A DNA stretch of 32,000 nucleotides from Xanthomonas campestris pv. campestris str. ATCC 33913 (GCF_000007145.1 NC_003902.1:4646497-4678496), one strand, 5' to 3'. Numbered from the stretch's first letter, positions 7,871 to 15,243 are shown. The notes: generated from the letters alone by a model not told the origin. Program-made: numbers and translations.

Positions 7871-9166
7871 TCACGCCTCGCGCAGCGCGCGCAATGCGGC
7901 AAGCACCGGCGCCGCATCGGCGGGCAGCTGCACACCCGGCAGTTGCAGCTGGGTGGTGTCTTCGGCCTGTTTCAAGCGCGCAATCAGCTGGCCCGCCTCG
8001 CGCGGCGATGCAAAGCCATCGCTCTGCAACAGCAAGGTGCCGGCCGCGTCGTGCAACTTGAAATAGAACTGGCCATCGCTCTCGCGGTATTGCTTGAATA
8101 CCGGTAATGCAGCCTTGACCGCCGTCGCCGGACCCACCGCGCTGGCCTGGCTGGACAGATCGCGCAAGCCCACCGCATCGCGCAGTTGCGCCAGCAACGG
8201 CGTGGCATAACGGGCACGCAGGCGCGCACCGCCGGCACGCAGCGTCGCCTCGATCTTGGCCGGCTCGGCCATCAATGCCTCATAGCGTGCGCGCAGCGGT
8301 GCGATCTCCAGATCGATGCGTTCGAACAGCTGCTGCTTGGCATCGGCCCAGCTGATGCCATCGGCAAAGGCCTGTGCAAACGCAGCGGTTTCCTGCGGCG
8401 TGGCGAAGGCCTGGTACAGCTGGAACAGCGCCGAGCCCTGCGTGTCCTTGGCCTCGCCCGGCGCACGCGAGTCGGTCAGGATCGAGAACACCAATTTGCG
8501 CAATTCCTCGCGCGGGGCGAACAGCGGAATGGTGTTGTTGTAGCTCTTGCTCATCTTGCGGCCATCCAGGCCCGGCAAGGTGGCCACCTGCTCATCGATC
8601 ACCGCATCGGGCAGGGTGAAATAGTCCTGCCCATACACATGGTTGAAGCGCTGCGCGAAATCGCGCGCCATCTCGATGTGCTGGATCTGGTCGCGCCCCA
8701 CCGGCACCTTGTGCGCATTGAAGATCAGGATATCGGCGGCCATCAGCACCGGATACATGAACAATCCGGCGGTGACTCCGGCGTCTTCGTCCTCGCCCTC
8801 GGCGCGGTTCTTGTCCATCGCCGCCTTGTAGGCATGCGCGCGGTTGAGGATGCCCTTGCCGGCCACGCAGGTCAGTAGCCACATCAATTCGGTGGTCTCC
8901 GGCACATCGGACTGGCGGTAGAACCACACCTTGTCCGGATCCAGGCCACATGCCAGCCAGCTGGCTGCGATTTCCAGCGTGGAGCGCTGCGTCCGCGCCG
9001 GGTCCTGCGCCTTGATCAGGCTGTGCAGGTCGGCCAGGAAGTAGAAGCTCTCGGCATCGGTGGCCGTGCTGGCCTGGATGGCCGGGCGGATCGCACCGAC
9101 GTAGTTGCCCAGGTGCGGTGTGCCGGAGGGAGTGATGCCGGTAAGAACGCGAGTGGTCATCTGCAT
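7871..9166 (-). CDS. trpS: Tryptophan--tRNA ligase with a ~90-aa C-terminal YegP/DUF1508-like extension
   Basis: Track ORF 7871..9166. It is a class I aaRS with HLGNY (HIGH variant), KMSKS, and the TrpRS-type sequence GITPSGTPHLGNYVGAIRP. The tail VFKQYRESDGQFYFKLHDAAGTLLLQSDGFASPREAGQLIARLKQ resembles a YegP repeat. ATG 9160 is an alternative start. Confidence 0.95.
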   Translation of the reverse strand: MQMTTRVLTGITPSGTPHLGNYVGAIRPAIQASTATDAESFYFLADLHSLIKAQDPARTQRSTLEIAASWLACGLDPDKVWFYRQSDVPETTELMWLLTCVAGKGILNRAHAYKAAMDKNRAEGEDEDAGVTAGLFMYPVLMAADILIFNAHKVPVGRDQIQHIEMARDFAQRFNHVYGQDYFTLPDAVIDEQVATLPGLDGRKMSKSYNNTIPLFAPREELRKLVFSILTDSRAPGEAKDTQGSALFQLYQAFATPQETAAFAQAFADGISWADAKQQLFERIDLEIAPLRARYEALMAEPAKIEATLRAGGARLRARYATPLLAQLRDAVGLRDLSSQASAVGPATAVKAALPVFKQYRESDGQFYFKLHDAAGTLLLQSDGFASPREAGQLIARLKQAEDTTQLQLPGVQLPADAAPVLAALRALREA

Positions 9167-9243
9167 AGGCCAGGGAATCAGCCTGCAAGTTTAACGGTTC
9201 CGCGCCAGGGCATCCGTTAGCGCCTGGCGCCGTTGCCGCGTAC

Positions 9244-9273
9244 AACGAAAGACGGGCCGCAGTGCGGCCCGTC
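9244..9273 (-). terminator. Rho-independent terminator downstream of csbD
   Basis: Hairpin GACGGGCCGC-agt-GCGGCCCGTC (9251-9273). On the minus strand it is followed by TTTCGTT. Confidence 0.6.
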
Positions 9274-9319
9274 CCTTGCACACGCTGCTCAGCCGATGGG
9301 CGAGCGGGCACGGCGTGCC

Positions 9320-9529
9320 TTAGCGGTCGTCGCGCAGCGACTTCTCGAAGGCGCGCACCTCGGTCTGGGCGCGATCACGGTCCCAGCCATAGCGCTCCTG
9401 GAGCTTGCCTTGCAGGTATTCCGCATTGCCTTCGGCCACCTTGAAATCGTCGTCGGTGAGGTCGCCCCACTTGGCCTGCATCTGGCCTTTGAGCTGGGTC
9501 CACTTGCCGGAAATGATGTCAGTGTTCAT
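9320..9529 (-). CDS. csbD: CsbD-family stress-response protein
   Basis: Inner ATG at 9529 of track ORF 9320..9622, preceded by GGAGAA. The product [49 protein letters not shown] shows the classic CsbD pattern. Confidence 0.85.
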
Positions 9530-9710
9530 TGCGATTCTCCGCTGCTTGCGGCCGCGATTGACCGTGGTGCCAGCTTGATTCTGGCCGCGTTCGGCACAGG
9601 TCAAAAGATGTCGAGCGCGCACTCACCGCGATGAACGGTTGCCATCGCAACGGCGTGCGACGGAGGTGCCTGCACCCGCACATAGCGCCGCGCGCCATTG
9701 CGTCATCCAC

Positions 9711-9740
9711 AAAAAAAACGGGCCTTTCGGCCCGTTTTTG
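9711..9740 (-). terminator. Rho-independent terminator after the entericidin-like genes (potentially bidirectional)
   Basis: AAAAAAAACGGGCC-tttc-GGCCCGTTTTTG. The GC stem is flanked by A8 and T5 runs. On the minus strand the stem is followed by T8, 22 nt after the 9762 stop. Confidence 0.7.
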
Positions 9741-9761
9741 TTCACCGATGCAGCAAGTGGA

Positions 9762-9896
9762 TCACTTGCGCGCGGCGTCTTCCACCTTCTCGCCAGCGCC
9801 CTGCACGTCCTTGCCGGCACCTGCGACGGTGTTGCAACCCGCCAGCATTCCAACCGACAACATCGACAGCACCAACAATGCAATTGCACGCTTCAT
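9762..9896 (-). CDS. Entericidin A/B-family small lipoprotein (44 aa)
   Basis: Too short for the ORF track. GGAG lies upstream of ATG (rc 9894-9896). The product is MKRAIALLVLSMLSVGMLAGCNTVAGAGKDVQGAGEKVEDAARK, with lipobox LAGC followed by the CNTxxGxGxD entericidin signature. Confidence 0.75.
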   Translation of the reverse strand: MKRAIALLVLSMLSVGMLAGCNTVAGAGKDVQGAGEKVEDAARK

Positions 9897-9972
9897 AAAC
9901 TCACTCCTTCATAGGCACGCGGCGGTCGCCGCAGATCAATCAAGACCAACCAAACAGATCAAACAAAACCGA

Positions 9973-10125
9973 TTAGCACTTACCGTCGCTGCATTTGTCG
10001 GCGGTCTTCTCGACCTTGTCACCCGCACCCTGCATGTCCTTTCCGGCACCAGCCATGGTGTTACAGCCAGTCATCATGCCGGCCGAGAACAGGCCCAGCA
10101 CCATCAGTGTCAGCAGTCGCTTCAT
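9973..10125 (-). CDS. Entericidin A/B-family small lipoprotein (50 aa) with Cys-containing tail
   Basis: Too short for the ORF track. GAGGAAG lies upstream of ATG (rc 10123-10125). The product is MKRLLTLMVLGLFSAGMMTGCNTMAGAGKDMQGAGDKVEKTADKCSDGKC, with a lipobox and the CNTxAGAGKD motif. It ends in the extra tail KCSDGKC. Confidence 0.75.
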   Translation of the reverse strand: MKRLLTLMVLGLFSAGMMTGCNTMAGAGKDMQGAGDKVEKTADKCSDGKC

Positions 10126-10235
10126 TTGGTCTTCCTCGGTTCCGCGTCCGGTGCCGATGCACCCCGCTTGGCGCCAAATCTGACTGCGCGACCGTGGATT
10201 TGATGTGAACGCCGGGCCAGACGTTCAGGCACCGA

Positions 10236-11159
10236 TCAATCTCGCATCAGCGTCGACTTGCCGAACAGGCTTTCCACCAGATCCACCGCCAGCTCGGCGG
10301 TGGCGTTGCGGTTGTCTAGCACCGGATTGAGCTCCACGATATCCAGCGACCCCATTCGCCCGGTGTCGGCGATCATCTCCATCACCAGCTGGGCCTCGCG
10401 GTAGTTCGGCCCACCCGGCACGGTGGTGCCTACGCCCGGCGCAATGCTGGGGTCCAGGAAGTCCACATCGAAGCTCACATGCAGGTGGGTATCGGCGCTC
10501 ATGCCTTGCAGGGCCGCTTCCATGGTGCGCTTCATGCCGGCTTCGTCGATGTAGCGCATGTCGTAGACGTCGATGCGGTGCTGCTTGATCAGGCGCTTCT
10601 CGTCCGGGTCCACCGAGCGGATGCCGATCTGCCGGATCTGCTCGGGCAACACGGCGGGCGCGCTGCCGCCCAGGTGGGTCAGCGCCTGCGGGCCAAGGCC
10701 GCACAGGCAGGCCACCGGCATGCCGTGCACGTTACCGGACGGGGTTACCTCGCTGGTATTGAAGTCCGAATGCGCATCCAGCCACAGCACCCGCAGCGGG
10801 CGATGCTGCTCGCGGCAGTACTTGGCCACCGCGGTGATCGAACCGATGCCCAGGCAATGGTCGCCGCCCAGCATGACGGGCATGCGGCCTGCGCACAGCT
10901 GTGCGTAGCTGGCGTCCATCAACGCCTGGTTCCAGGCCACCACCTCGTCCAGATGCCGGTACCCGGCCTGCGGTGCCTGCCACGGATTGCGCGGGCCATC
11001 CAGATTGCCCAGGTCACGCACCTCGACGCCGCGCCCGACCAAGGCCTCCTGCAGCCCGGCGATGCGCAATGCCTCCGGCCCCATCCGGGCACCACGGTGG
11101 CCGGCACCGATGTCGGTGGGCACGCCAATCAGGGAAACCGGCACGTACTGCGTTGCCAT
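10236..11159 (-). CDS. rocF: Arginase
   Basis: Inner ATG at 11159 (GGAG 6 nt upstream) of track ORF 10236..11288. Ureohydrolase Mn-binding motifs are present: GGDHCLGIGS, LWLDAHSDFNT, SFDVDFLDP, and the arginase-type GNVHGMP. Confidence 0.9.
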   Translation of the reverse strand: MATQYVPVSLIGVPTDIGAGHRGARMGPEALRIAGLQEALVGRGVEVRDLGNLDGPRNPWQAPQAGYRHLDEVVAWNQALMDASYAQLCAGRMPVMLGGDHCLGIGSITAVAKYCREQHRPLRVLWLDAHSDFNTSEVTPSGNVHGMPVACLCGLGPQALTHLGGSAPAVLPEQIRQIGIRSVDPDEKRLIKQHRIDVYDMRYIDEAGMKRTMEAALQGMSADTHLHVSFDVDFLDPSIAPGVGTTVPGGPNYREAQLVMEMIADTGRMGSLDIVELNPVLDNRNATAELAVDLVESLFGKSTLMRD

Positions 11160-11472
11160 GCATTGCTCCAGCATCGGGAAAGCCGCGCAGTCTAGTCGTC
11201 GCATCGCGCAACTACGCGCGGCAGCGCAGCACGGCACACCGCTTGCATCGTGGTGCGCAGTCGTCATGACTGCCGTGAGCACCGTCATAAGTGACGTTGC
11301 GGGGCAGTTTGTGGCACGCGCAGCTTTGCGGACTGTGCTTGTCTGACCGCACAGTTAAGAAGCTGAGGCCGGTATGACTTTGCCCTCATATGCCGATGGT
11401 ATCGTTCGCCCGCCAGCGCAGGACCGGTGTCACTTATTCGCGCAGGCCGTTCGCAACAGGGGGAAAATTTTC

Positions 11473-11934
11473 ATGCCGCACAACGCCGTCAACCAGGTCG
11501 TCAAGGCTGCCGTGGGCGAAGTCGCGCGGGCGTCGCATCAGTACGACCTGCAGCGCATCGGGCGCGAATTTGCGCAGACCATCGAGCGCGAACCGGGGAT
11601 CCGGCTGCTGATGTTGTCCACCGCCGACGGGCGCGCGATCACCGAGCAATCCAGCCTCGACGCCGATGGCCGCCGGCTTGCCGCCATGGCCAATTCGTTT
11701 TTGACGCTGGGCGAGACGCTGGCGCGCGAATCGGGCCTGAGCGAAGCCGATTACGCCACCATCAGCACCCGTGGCGGGCAGTTGGTGCTGATCCGCATCC
11801 GTGCCGACAAACCGTTGACGCTGACCGCCGTGGGCGCCAGCGATCTCAATGCCGCCGCGCTGCTGTTCAACGCACGCGATTGCGCGGGCCGGCTGGCCAC
11901 GGTGCTGGCAACCCCACCGCCGGCCGCCGCGTAG
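11473..11934 (+). CDS. Roadblock/LC7 (MglB-like) domain protein, gene 1 of the GTPase operon
   Basis: ATG 11473 is preceded by GGGGGA (within track ORF 11374..11934). The core IRLLMLSTADGRAITEQSSLDADGRRLAAMANSFLTLGETLARESGLSEADYATISTRGGQLVLIRI fits the Roadblock/LC7 alpha-beta pattern. Confidence 0.8.
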   Translation: MPHNAVNQVVKAAVGEVARASHQYDLQRIGREFAQTIEREPGIRLLMLSTADGRAITEQSSLDADGRRLAAMANSFLTLGETLARESGLSEADYATISTRGGQLVLIRIRADKPLTLTAVGASDLNAAALLFNARDCAGRLATVLATPPPAAA

Positions 11935-12016
11935 CAGTGCTCGCTTGGCACTGTTCGTGCTTGCGTGTGCGCACGGCATCCGCCCACTCATTTCTCAACG
12001 CTGGTAAGGACGACTC

Positions 12017-12376
12017 GTGTCAAAACTCAATCTGGAACAACTGCATTCGCTGGCCGGTTTCGTTGGCGCCGCGCTGGTCGATAGCGACAGCGGCATGGCG
12101 CTGGGCATGACCGGCGGCACCGAGCTCAACCTGGAACTGGCTGCGGCCGGCAACACCGAAGTAGTGCGCGCCAAGCGCCGCATCGCCGAACAGCTGGGCT
12201 TGAACGACACCATCGAAGACATCCTGATCACCCTGAGCAAGCAGTACCACCTGTTGCGCCCGCTGGAAAGCAACGGCGCGCTGTTTCTGTACGTGGTGCT
12301 GGACCGCGCCAAGGCCAACCTGGCCATGGCACGTCACGAACTGAAGGCGTTCGAGAAGACCCTCGACTTCGGTTGA
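12017..12376 (+). CDS. Second Roadblock/LC7-like protein, gene 2 of the GTPase operon
   Basis: GTG 12017 with AAGGA 6 nt upstream. The product is MSKLNLEQLHSLAGFVGAALVDSDSGMALGMTGG...AAAGNTEVVRAKRRIAEQLGLNDTIEDILITLSKQYHLLRPL...LFLYVVLDRAKANLAMARHEL, a Roadblock-like fold pattern, with high GC3. Confidence 0.8.
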   Translation: MSKLNLEQLHSLAGFVGAALVDSDSGMALGMTGGTELNLELAAAGNTEVVRAKRRIAEQLGLNDTIEDILITLSKQYHLLRPLESNGALFLYVVLDRAKANLAMARHELKAFEKTLDFG

Positions 12377-12393
12377 TCGGTTGATCGTTAAAG

Positions 12394-12444
12394 AACGGCG
12401 CCACTGCGCCGTTGCTATTGGCCTGCCGGCGCCCGCCGGCAGGC
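12394..12444 (+). terminator. Two tandem GC-rich hairpins between operon genes 2 and 3 (possible attenuator, partial terminator or RNA-stability element)
   Basis: Hairpin 1 is AACGGCGC-cact-GCGCCGTT (12394-12413), followed by GCTATTG. Hairpin 2 is GCCTGCCGGCG-cc-CGCCGGCAGGC (12421-12444), a perfect 11-nt inverted repeat. Both lie in the 103-nt gap before ATG 12479. Confidence 0.4.
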
Positions 12445-12478
12445 GTTGCTGCCTCGATGCGCCGCCAGGCGCCAGATC

Positions 12479-13396
12479 ATGACCACACCCATCCACACCA
12501 TGCGGGTCGCCACGGCCGGCCTGGACCTGCTGCACACCACGCGCCTGAAACTGGCCTGCTCGCTGCTGCTCGCCGAACGCATCGACGTGCAGCTGGGCGA
12601 GTGGCCCAAGCACGCCGCCGATGTGGTGGTGCTGGGTCTGGAAAGTGCCGATGGCCTGGCCGCGTGGCAGGCCTTGCAAGGCCAGCCGGTGCGGGTACTG
12701 GTGGTCTCGCGCACGCCGGTGGCGGGCGCATGGCTCAAGCACGGGGCCACCGTGCGTGAACTCAACGAACAATTACGCCTGCTGCTGTCCTCGCCGCAGC
12801 ACGCGCCGGCCGCCGAGCTGGCGCTGTTGCTGCGCCATTGCCGCGGCGAATTCGGTACCGATGCGGTGGTGCTGCAACAGGCGCAGCTGCGCGTGCGTGT
12901 GGACCCGGGCAATGGCTGGCTGGAGTTGCCCGCCTCGCTGCCGCTGGCCGCCTTGGTGGCTGCGCTGGATCGCCCCGATTGGCAACGCGCAATGGGCGAT
13001 ATCGGCACCGCCGCCACCCAACGCATCTCACTGGAAGCGCTGTATTTCGCAGTGCCCGAACACCTGCGCCCGGCACTGCCGGCGGTGGAACCGGGCCACG
13101 CGCTGCAACTGCGCCAATGGCCGGAACTCAGCGCCGATACCAGCACGCCGTCACAGTTGCTGGCCATCGCGCACCTGCATGCCCGGCCGTGGCGCCCGCA
13201 GGCGCTGGCCAATGCTTGCAAGCTGCCGCTGCAAACGGTGGAATGCCTGTTCGCCGCCGCGCTGGCCAGCGGCCTTGCCCAGACTGCGGAGATTGCCGTG
13301 CCGTCCACGCCGCGTCGTCAGAACAGCAGCAATTCCCGGTTCTTTTCCTGGGTTGCACGTCGGTTCGGTCTCACTCTCTCCCAGGCGCAGTCATGA
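12479..13396 (+). CDS. Hypothetical protein with degenerate receiver-like N-terminus, gene 3 of the GTPase operon
   Basis: Track ORF 12446..13396. ATG 12479 is favoured, but 12446 TTG and 12500 ATG are possible. The N-terminus has a beta-alpha periodicity like CheY (MRVATAG...DVVVLGLESADGLAAWQAL...VRVLVVSR...AWLKHGA), with Gly where the phospho-acceptor Asp would be. The C-terminal part includes LANACKLPLQTVECLFAAALASGLAQ, which is HTH-like. Its stop overlaps the GTPase start (ATGA, 13393-13396). Confidence 0.7.
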   Translation: MTTPIHTMRVATAGLDLLHTTRLKLACSLLLAERIDVQLGEWPKHAADVVVLGLESADGLAAWQALQGQPVRVLVVSRTPVAGAWLKHGATVRELNEQLRLLLSSPQHAPAAELALLLRHCRGEFGTDAVVLQQAQLRVRVDPGNGWLELPASLPLAALVAALDRPDWQRAMGDIGTAATQRISLEALYFAVPEHLRPALPAVEPGHALQLRQWPELSADTSTPSQLLAIAHLHARPWRPQALANACKLPLQTVECLFAAALASGLAQTAEIAVPSTPRRQNSSNSRFFSWVARRFGLTLSQAQS

Positions 13397-13935
13397 GTCT
13401 TCCGGCCAACAAATTGGTGTTCGTGGGCGGCATGGGCGCGGGCAAGACCACCGCGGTGCGTGCGATCTCCGACGTGGAACCGGTCAGTACCGAAATGCCG
13501 CTGAGCCAGGATGCCTACGGCGACAAGACCTACACCACCGTGGCGCTGGACTACAGCTCGATCGAGCTCGAAGACGGCGAGCTGCTGCACGTCTACGGCG
13601 TACCCGGCCAGAAATACCTGGATTTCATGTGGCCCCTGGTGTGCGACGGCGCCCTGGGCGTGATCGTGCTGACCAGCGCGCGCGATACGCAGATGCGCGA
13701 CACCACGCTGGAGCTGCTGCGCGAATTTTCGCGGATTACGCCAGAGGCCAGCCTCGCCGTTGGCGTCACCATGACCGACGAGGTGCAGGAATTTCTGCTG
13801 CCGCCGTTCCGCGAAGCACTGGTGGCCGAAGGCTTCCGCATCCCGGTCATGCGCGTGGATGCGCGCTCGGCCACCCAGATCACCTTCCTGGTGAAAACGC
13901 TGCTGTCCTATCGCTACACCTCCGCGCCGGTCTGA
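13393..13935 (+). CDS. MglA/CvnD-type small Ras-like GTPase (COG2229-like), gene 4 of the operon
   Basis: This is the last 180 codons of track ORF 12838..13935, starting at ATG 13393. The P-loop is VGGMGAGKTT (13426-13449). The switch-I Thr lies in KTYTTVALDY. G3 is YGVPGQ (13597-13611), and the G4 position reads TMTD (13768-13779). Confidence 0.85.
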   Translation: MSLPANKLVFVGGMGAGKTTAVRAISDVEPVSTEMPLSQDAYGDKTYTTVALDYSSIELEDGELLHVYGVPGQKYLDFMWPLVCDGALGVIVLTSARDTQMRDTTLELLREFSRITPEASLAVGVTMTDEVQEFLLPPFREALVAEGFRIPVMRVDARSATQITFLVKTLLSYRYTSAPV

Positions 13936-14269
13936 GCGGAAGGTGGCCGTGCGCAATCAACGCGCACACAAAGTGAGTCAAGGAATCCGGTCACGACGGT
14001 GCCTGCAGAGGGCGTCACGCGGGGGATGCCGCCTCTAGGGTGGCGGCGACGCGTCCTTCATCCTTGAAGTCAGTAAAGCGTCGCTCAAACGCTACACGAT
14101 TGAGCACCGTGCCTGACTTGTTCAGTATGACAACCGGACACGAGCGGCGGCATCGGGACATTCCTGACACATACGGCGGCGAATGCTGCATGCGCTTGTC
14201 GGTGCACTGACCAGCACGCGACTGCACGCAGCAATCGGCGGATTCAGGGGGATCGGCTAAAGTAGCGTG

Positions 14270-14953
14270 ATGACTATCGAACTCACGCCAGGCGGCTTGT
14301 TGATCGCGATCGAAGGGATCGACGGAGCCGGCAAGACCACCCTCGCCAGGAGCCTGGCCACACTGTTGGAGCAGGCCGGCGCGCGCGTCGTGCTGAGCAA
14401 GGAGCCGACCAACGGCCCCTGGGGCACACAGCTGCGGCAGTCGGCCGCCACCGGGCGGCTGAGCGCCCAGGACGAGGTCGACCTGCTGCTCCGCGACCGC
14501 CGCGAGCATGTGGAAGCCTTGATCGCCCCGGCGCTGGCGCGCGGAGAGATCGTGATCCTGGACCGTTATTTCCCGTCCATGGTTGCCTACCAGGGCGCCG
14601 CCGGCCTGCCGCTGGATGCGCTGCTGGCCGCCAACGATTTCGCGCCGCGCCCGGACCTGCTGTTGCTGCTCGACCTGCCGCCGCCCACCGGCCTGGCGCG
14701 CATCCGCGCACGCGGCGATGCCCCCAATCATTTCGAAACCCAGGACAACCTGGAACGCTGCCGCGCGATCTTTGCGGCGCTGCAGCTGCCGGGCAAGCAC
14801 GTCATCGACGCCAGCGCCGATGCGGACAGCGTGCTCCGCCAAGCCCACGCCGTCGTCGTTGCAGCACTGGCCGACCGCCTGCGCGTCGGTGCCACCCACA
14901 CCGACGCCGAAAAGGCCGCGCTGGAACTGCTATCGGCCGGTCGCCCGGCCTGA
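14270..14953 (+). CDS. tmk: Thymidylate (dTMP) kinase
   Basis: Track ORF 14267..14953. It has the P-loop [11 protein letters not shown], the DRY motif ([13 protein letters not shown]), and lid RIRARGD. It carries a ~25-aa C-terminal extension. Confidence 0.9.
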   Translation: MTIELTPGGLLIAIEGIDGAGKTTLARSLATLLEQAGARVVLSKEPTNGPWGTQLRQSAATGRLSAQDEVDLLLRDRREHVEALIAPALARGEIVILDRYFPSMVAYQGAAGLPLDALLAANDFAPRPDLLLLLDLPPPTGLARIRARGDAPNHFETQDNLERCRAIFAALQLPGKHVIDASADADSVLRQAHAVVVAALADRLRVGATHTDAEKAALELLSAGRPA

Positions 14954-15030
14954 GTTGCTGCGCGTACTGCGCGCAGACAACAACAAACTGCACAATGCGC
15001 TTTGCGCGTACGGCGCAACGTATGTAAAGG

Positions 15031-15049
15031 CCTCTCCTTGCGGGAGAGG
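15031..15049. terminator. Hairpin in the convergent tmk/AraC intergenic region (possible bidirectional terminator)
   Basis: CCTCTCC-ttgcg-GGAGAGG. It has a weak T/A context and lies 78 nt after the tmk stop. Confidence 0.35.
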
Positions 15050-15243
15050 AATTGGTGCGGCCAGCAAGATTTCCAGAAAACGCGCAATCTCACCGTGCGC
15101 CGCGGAAACTCCGACAATCAATGCAGAGGCTATTGCATAGCTTTCAGGGCTCAACCGCACACGATGCTGGCCATGTGTGACGCATCAGCCAGGCGGGCTT
15201 GAAGAACACAGCGCAGGCGACAGCGCGCTGCCGTGGCATGCAA

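Noticed and set aside
9202-9230. Inverted repeat GCGCCAGG ... CCTGGCGC in the trpS 5' region (a leader/attenuator?)
   Set aside because: The loop is 13 nt, the stem is short and there is no associated leader peptide or T-box-like features. The evidence is insufficient.
11312-11329. Sigma54-like TGGCAC ... TTGC upstream of the GTPase operon
   Set aside because: The GG (11313-11314) and GC (11328-11329) dinucleotides are 15 nt apart, not the canonical 12. The spacing is incompatible with a -24/-12 promoter.
12020-13308. Minus-strand ORFs 12020..12772 and 12415..13308, and plus-strand ORF 12621..13976
   Set aside because: They lie antisense to or out of frame with the Roadblock/pseudo-receiver/GTPase genes, which have far better protein-like sequence, SD sites and GC3 bias. 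Of track ORF 12838..13935, only the part from ATG 13393 is real.
13936-14269. 334-bp gap between the GTPase gene and tmk, containing short ORFs (such as a 27-aa MTTGHERRH... peptide) and small hairpins (13949-13967)
   Set aside because: Candidate ORFs have poor GC3 bias and no SD. Hairpins are short and lack a U-tract. Nothing is supportable beyond a probable promoter region.
14015-14899. 294-aa minus-strand ORF overlapping tmk
   Set aside because: It lies antisense to a clear dTMP kinase and its composition is non-protein-like.
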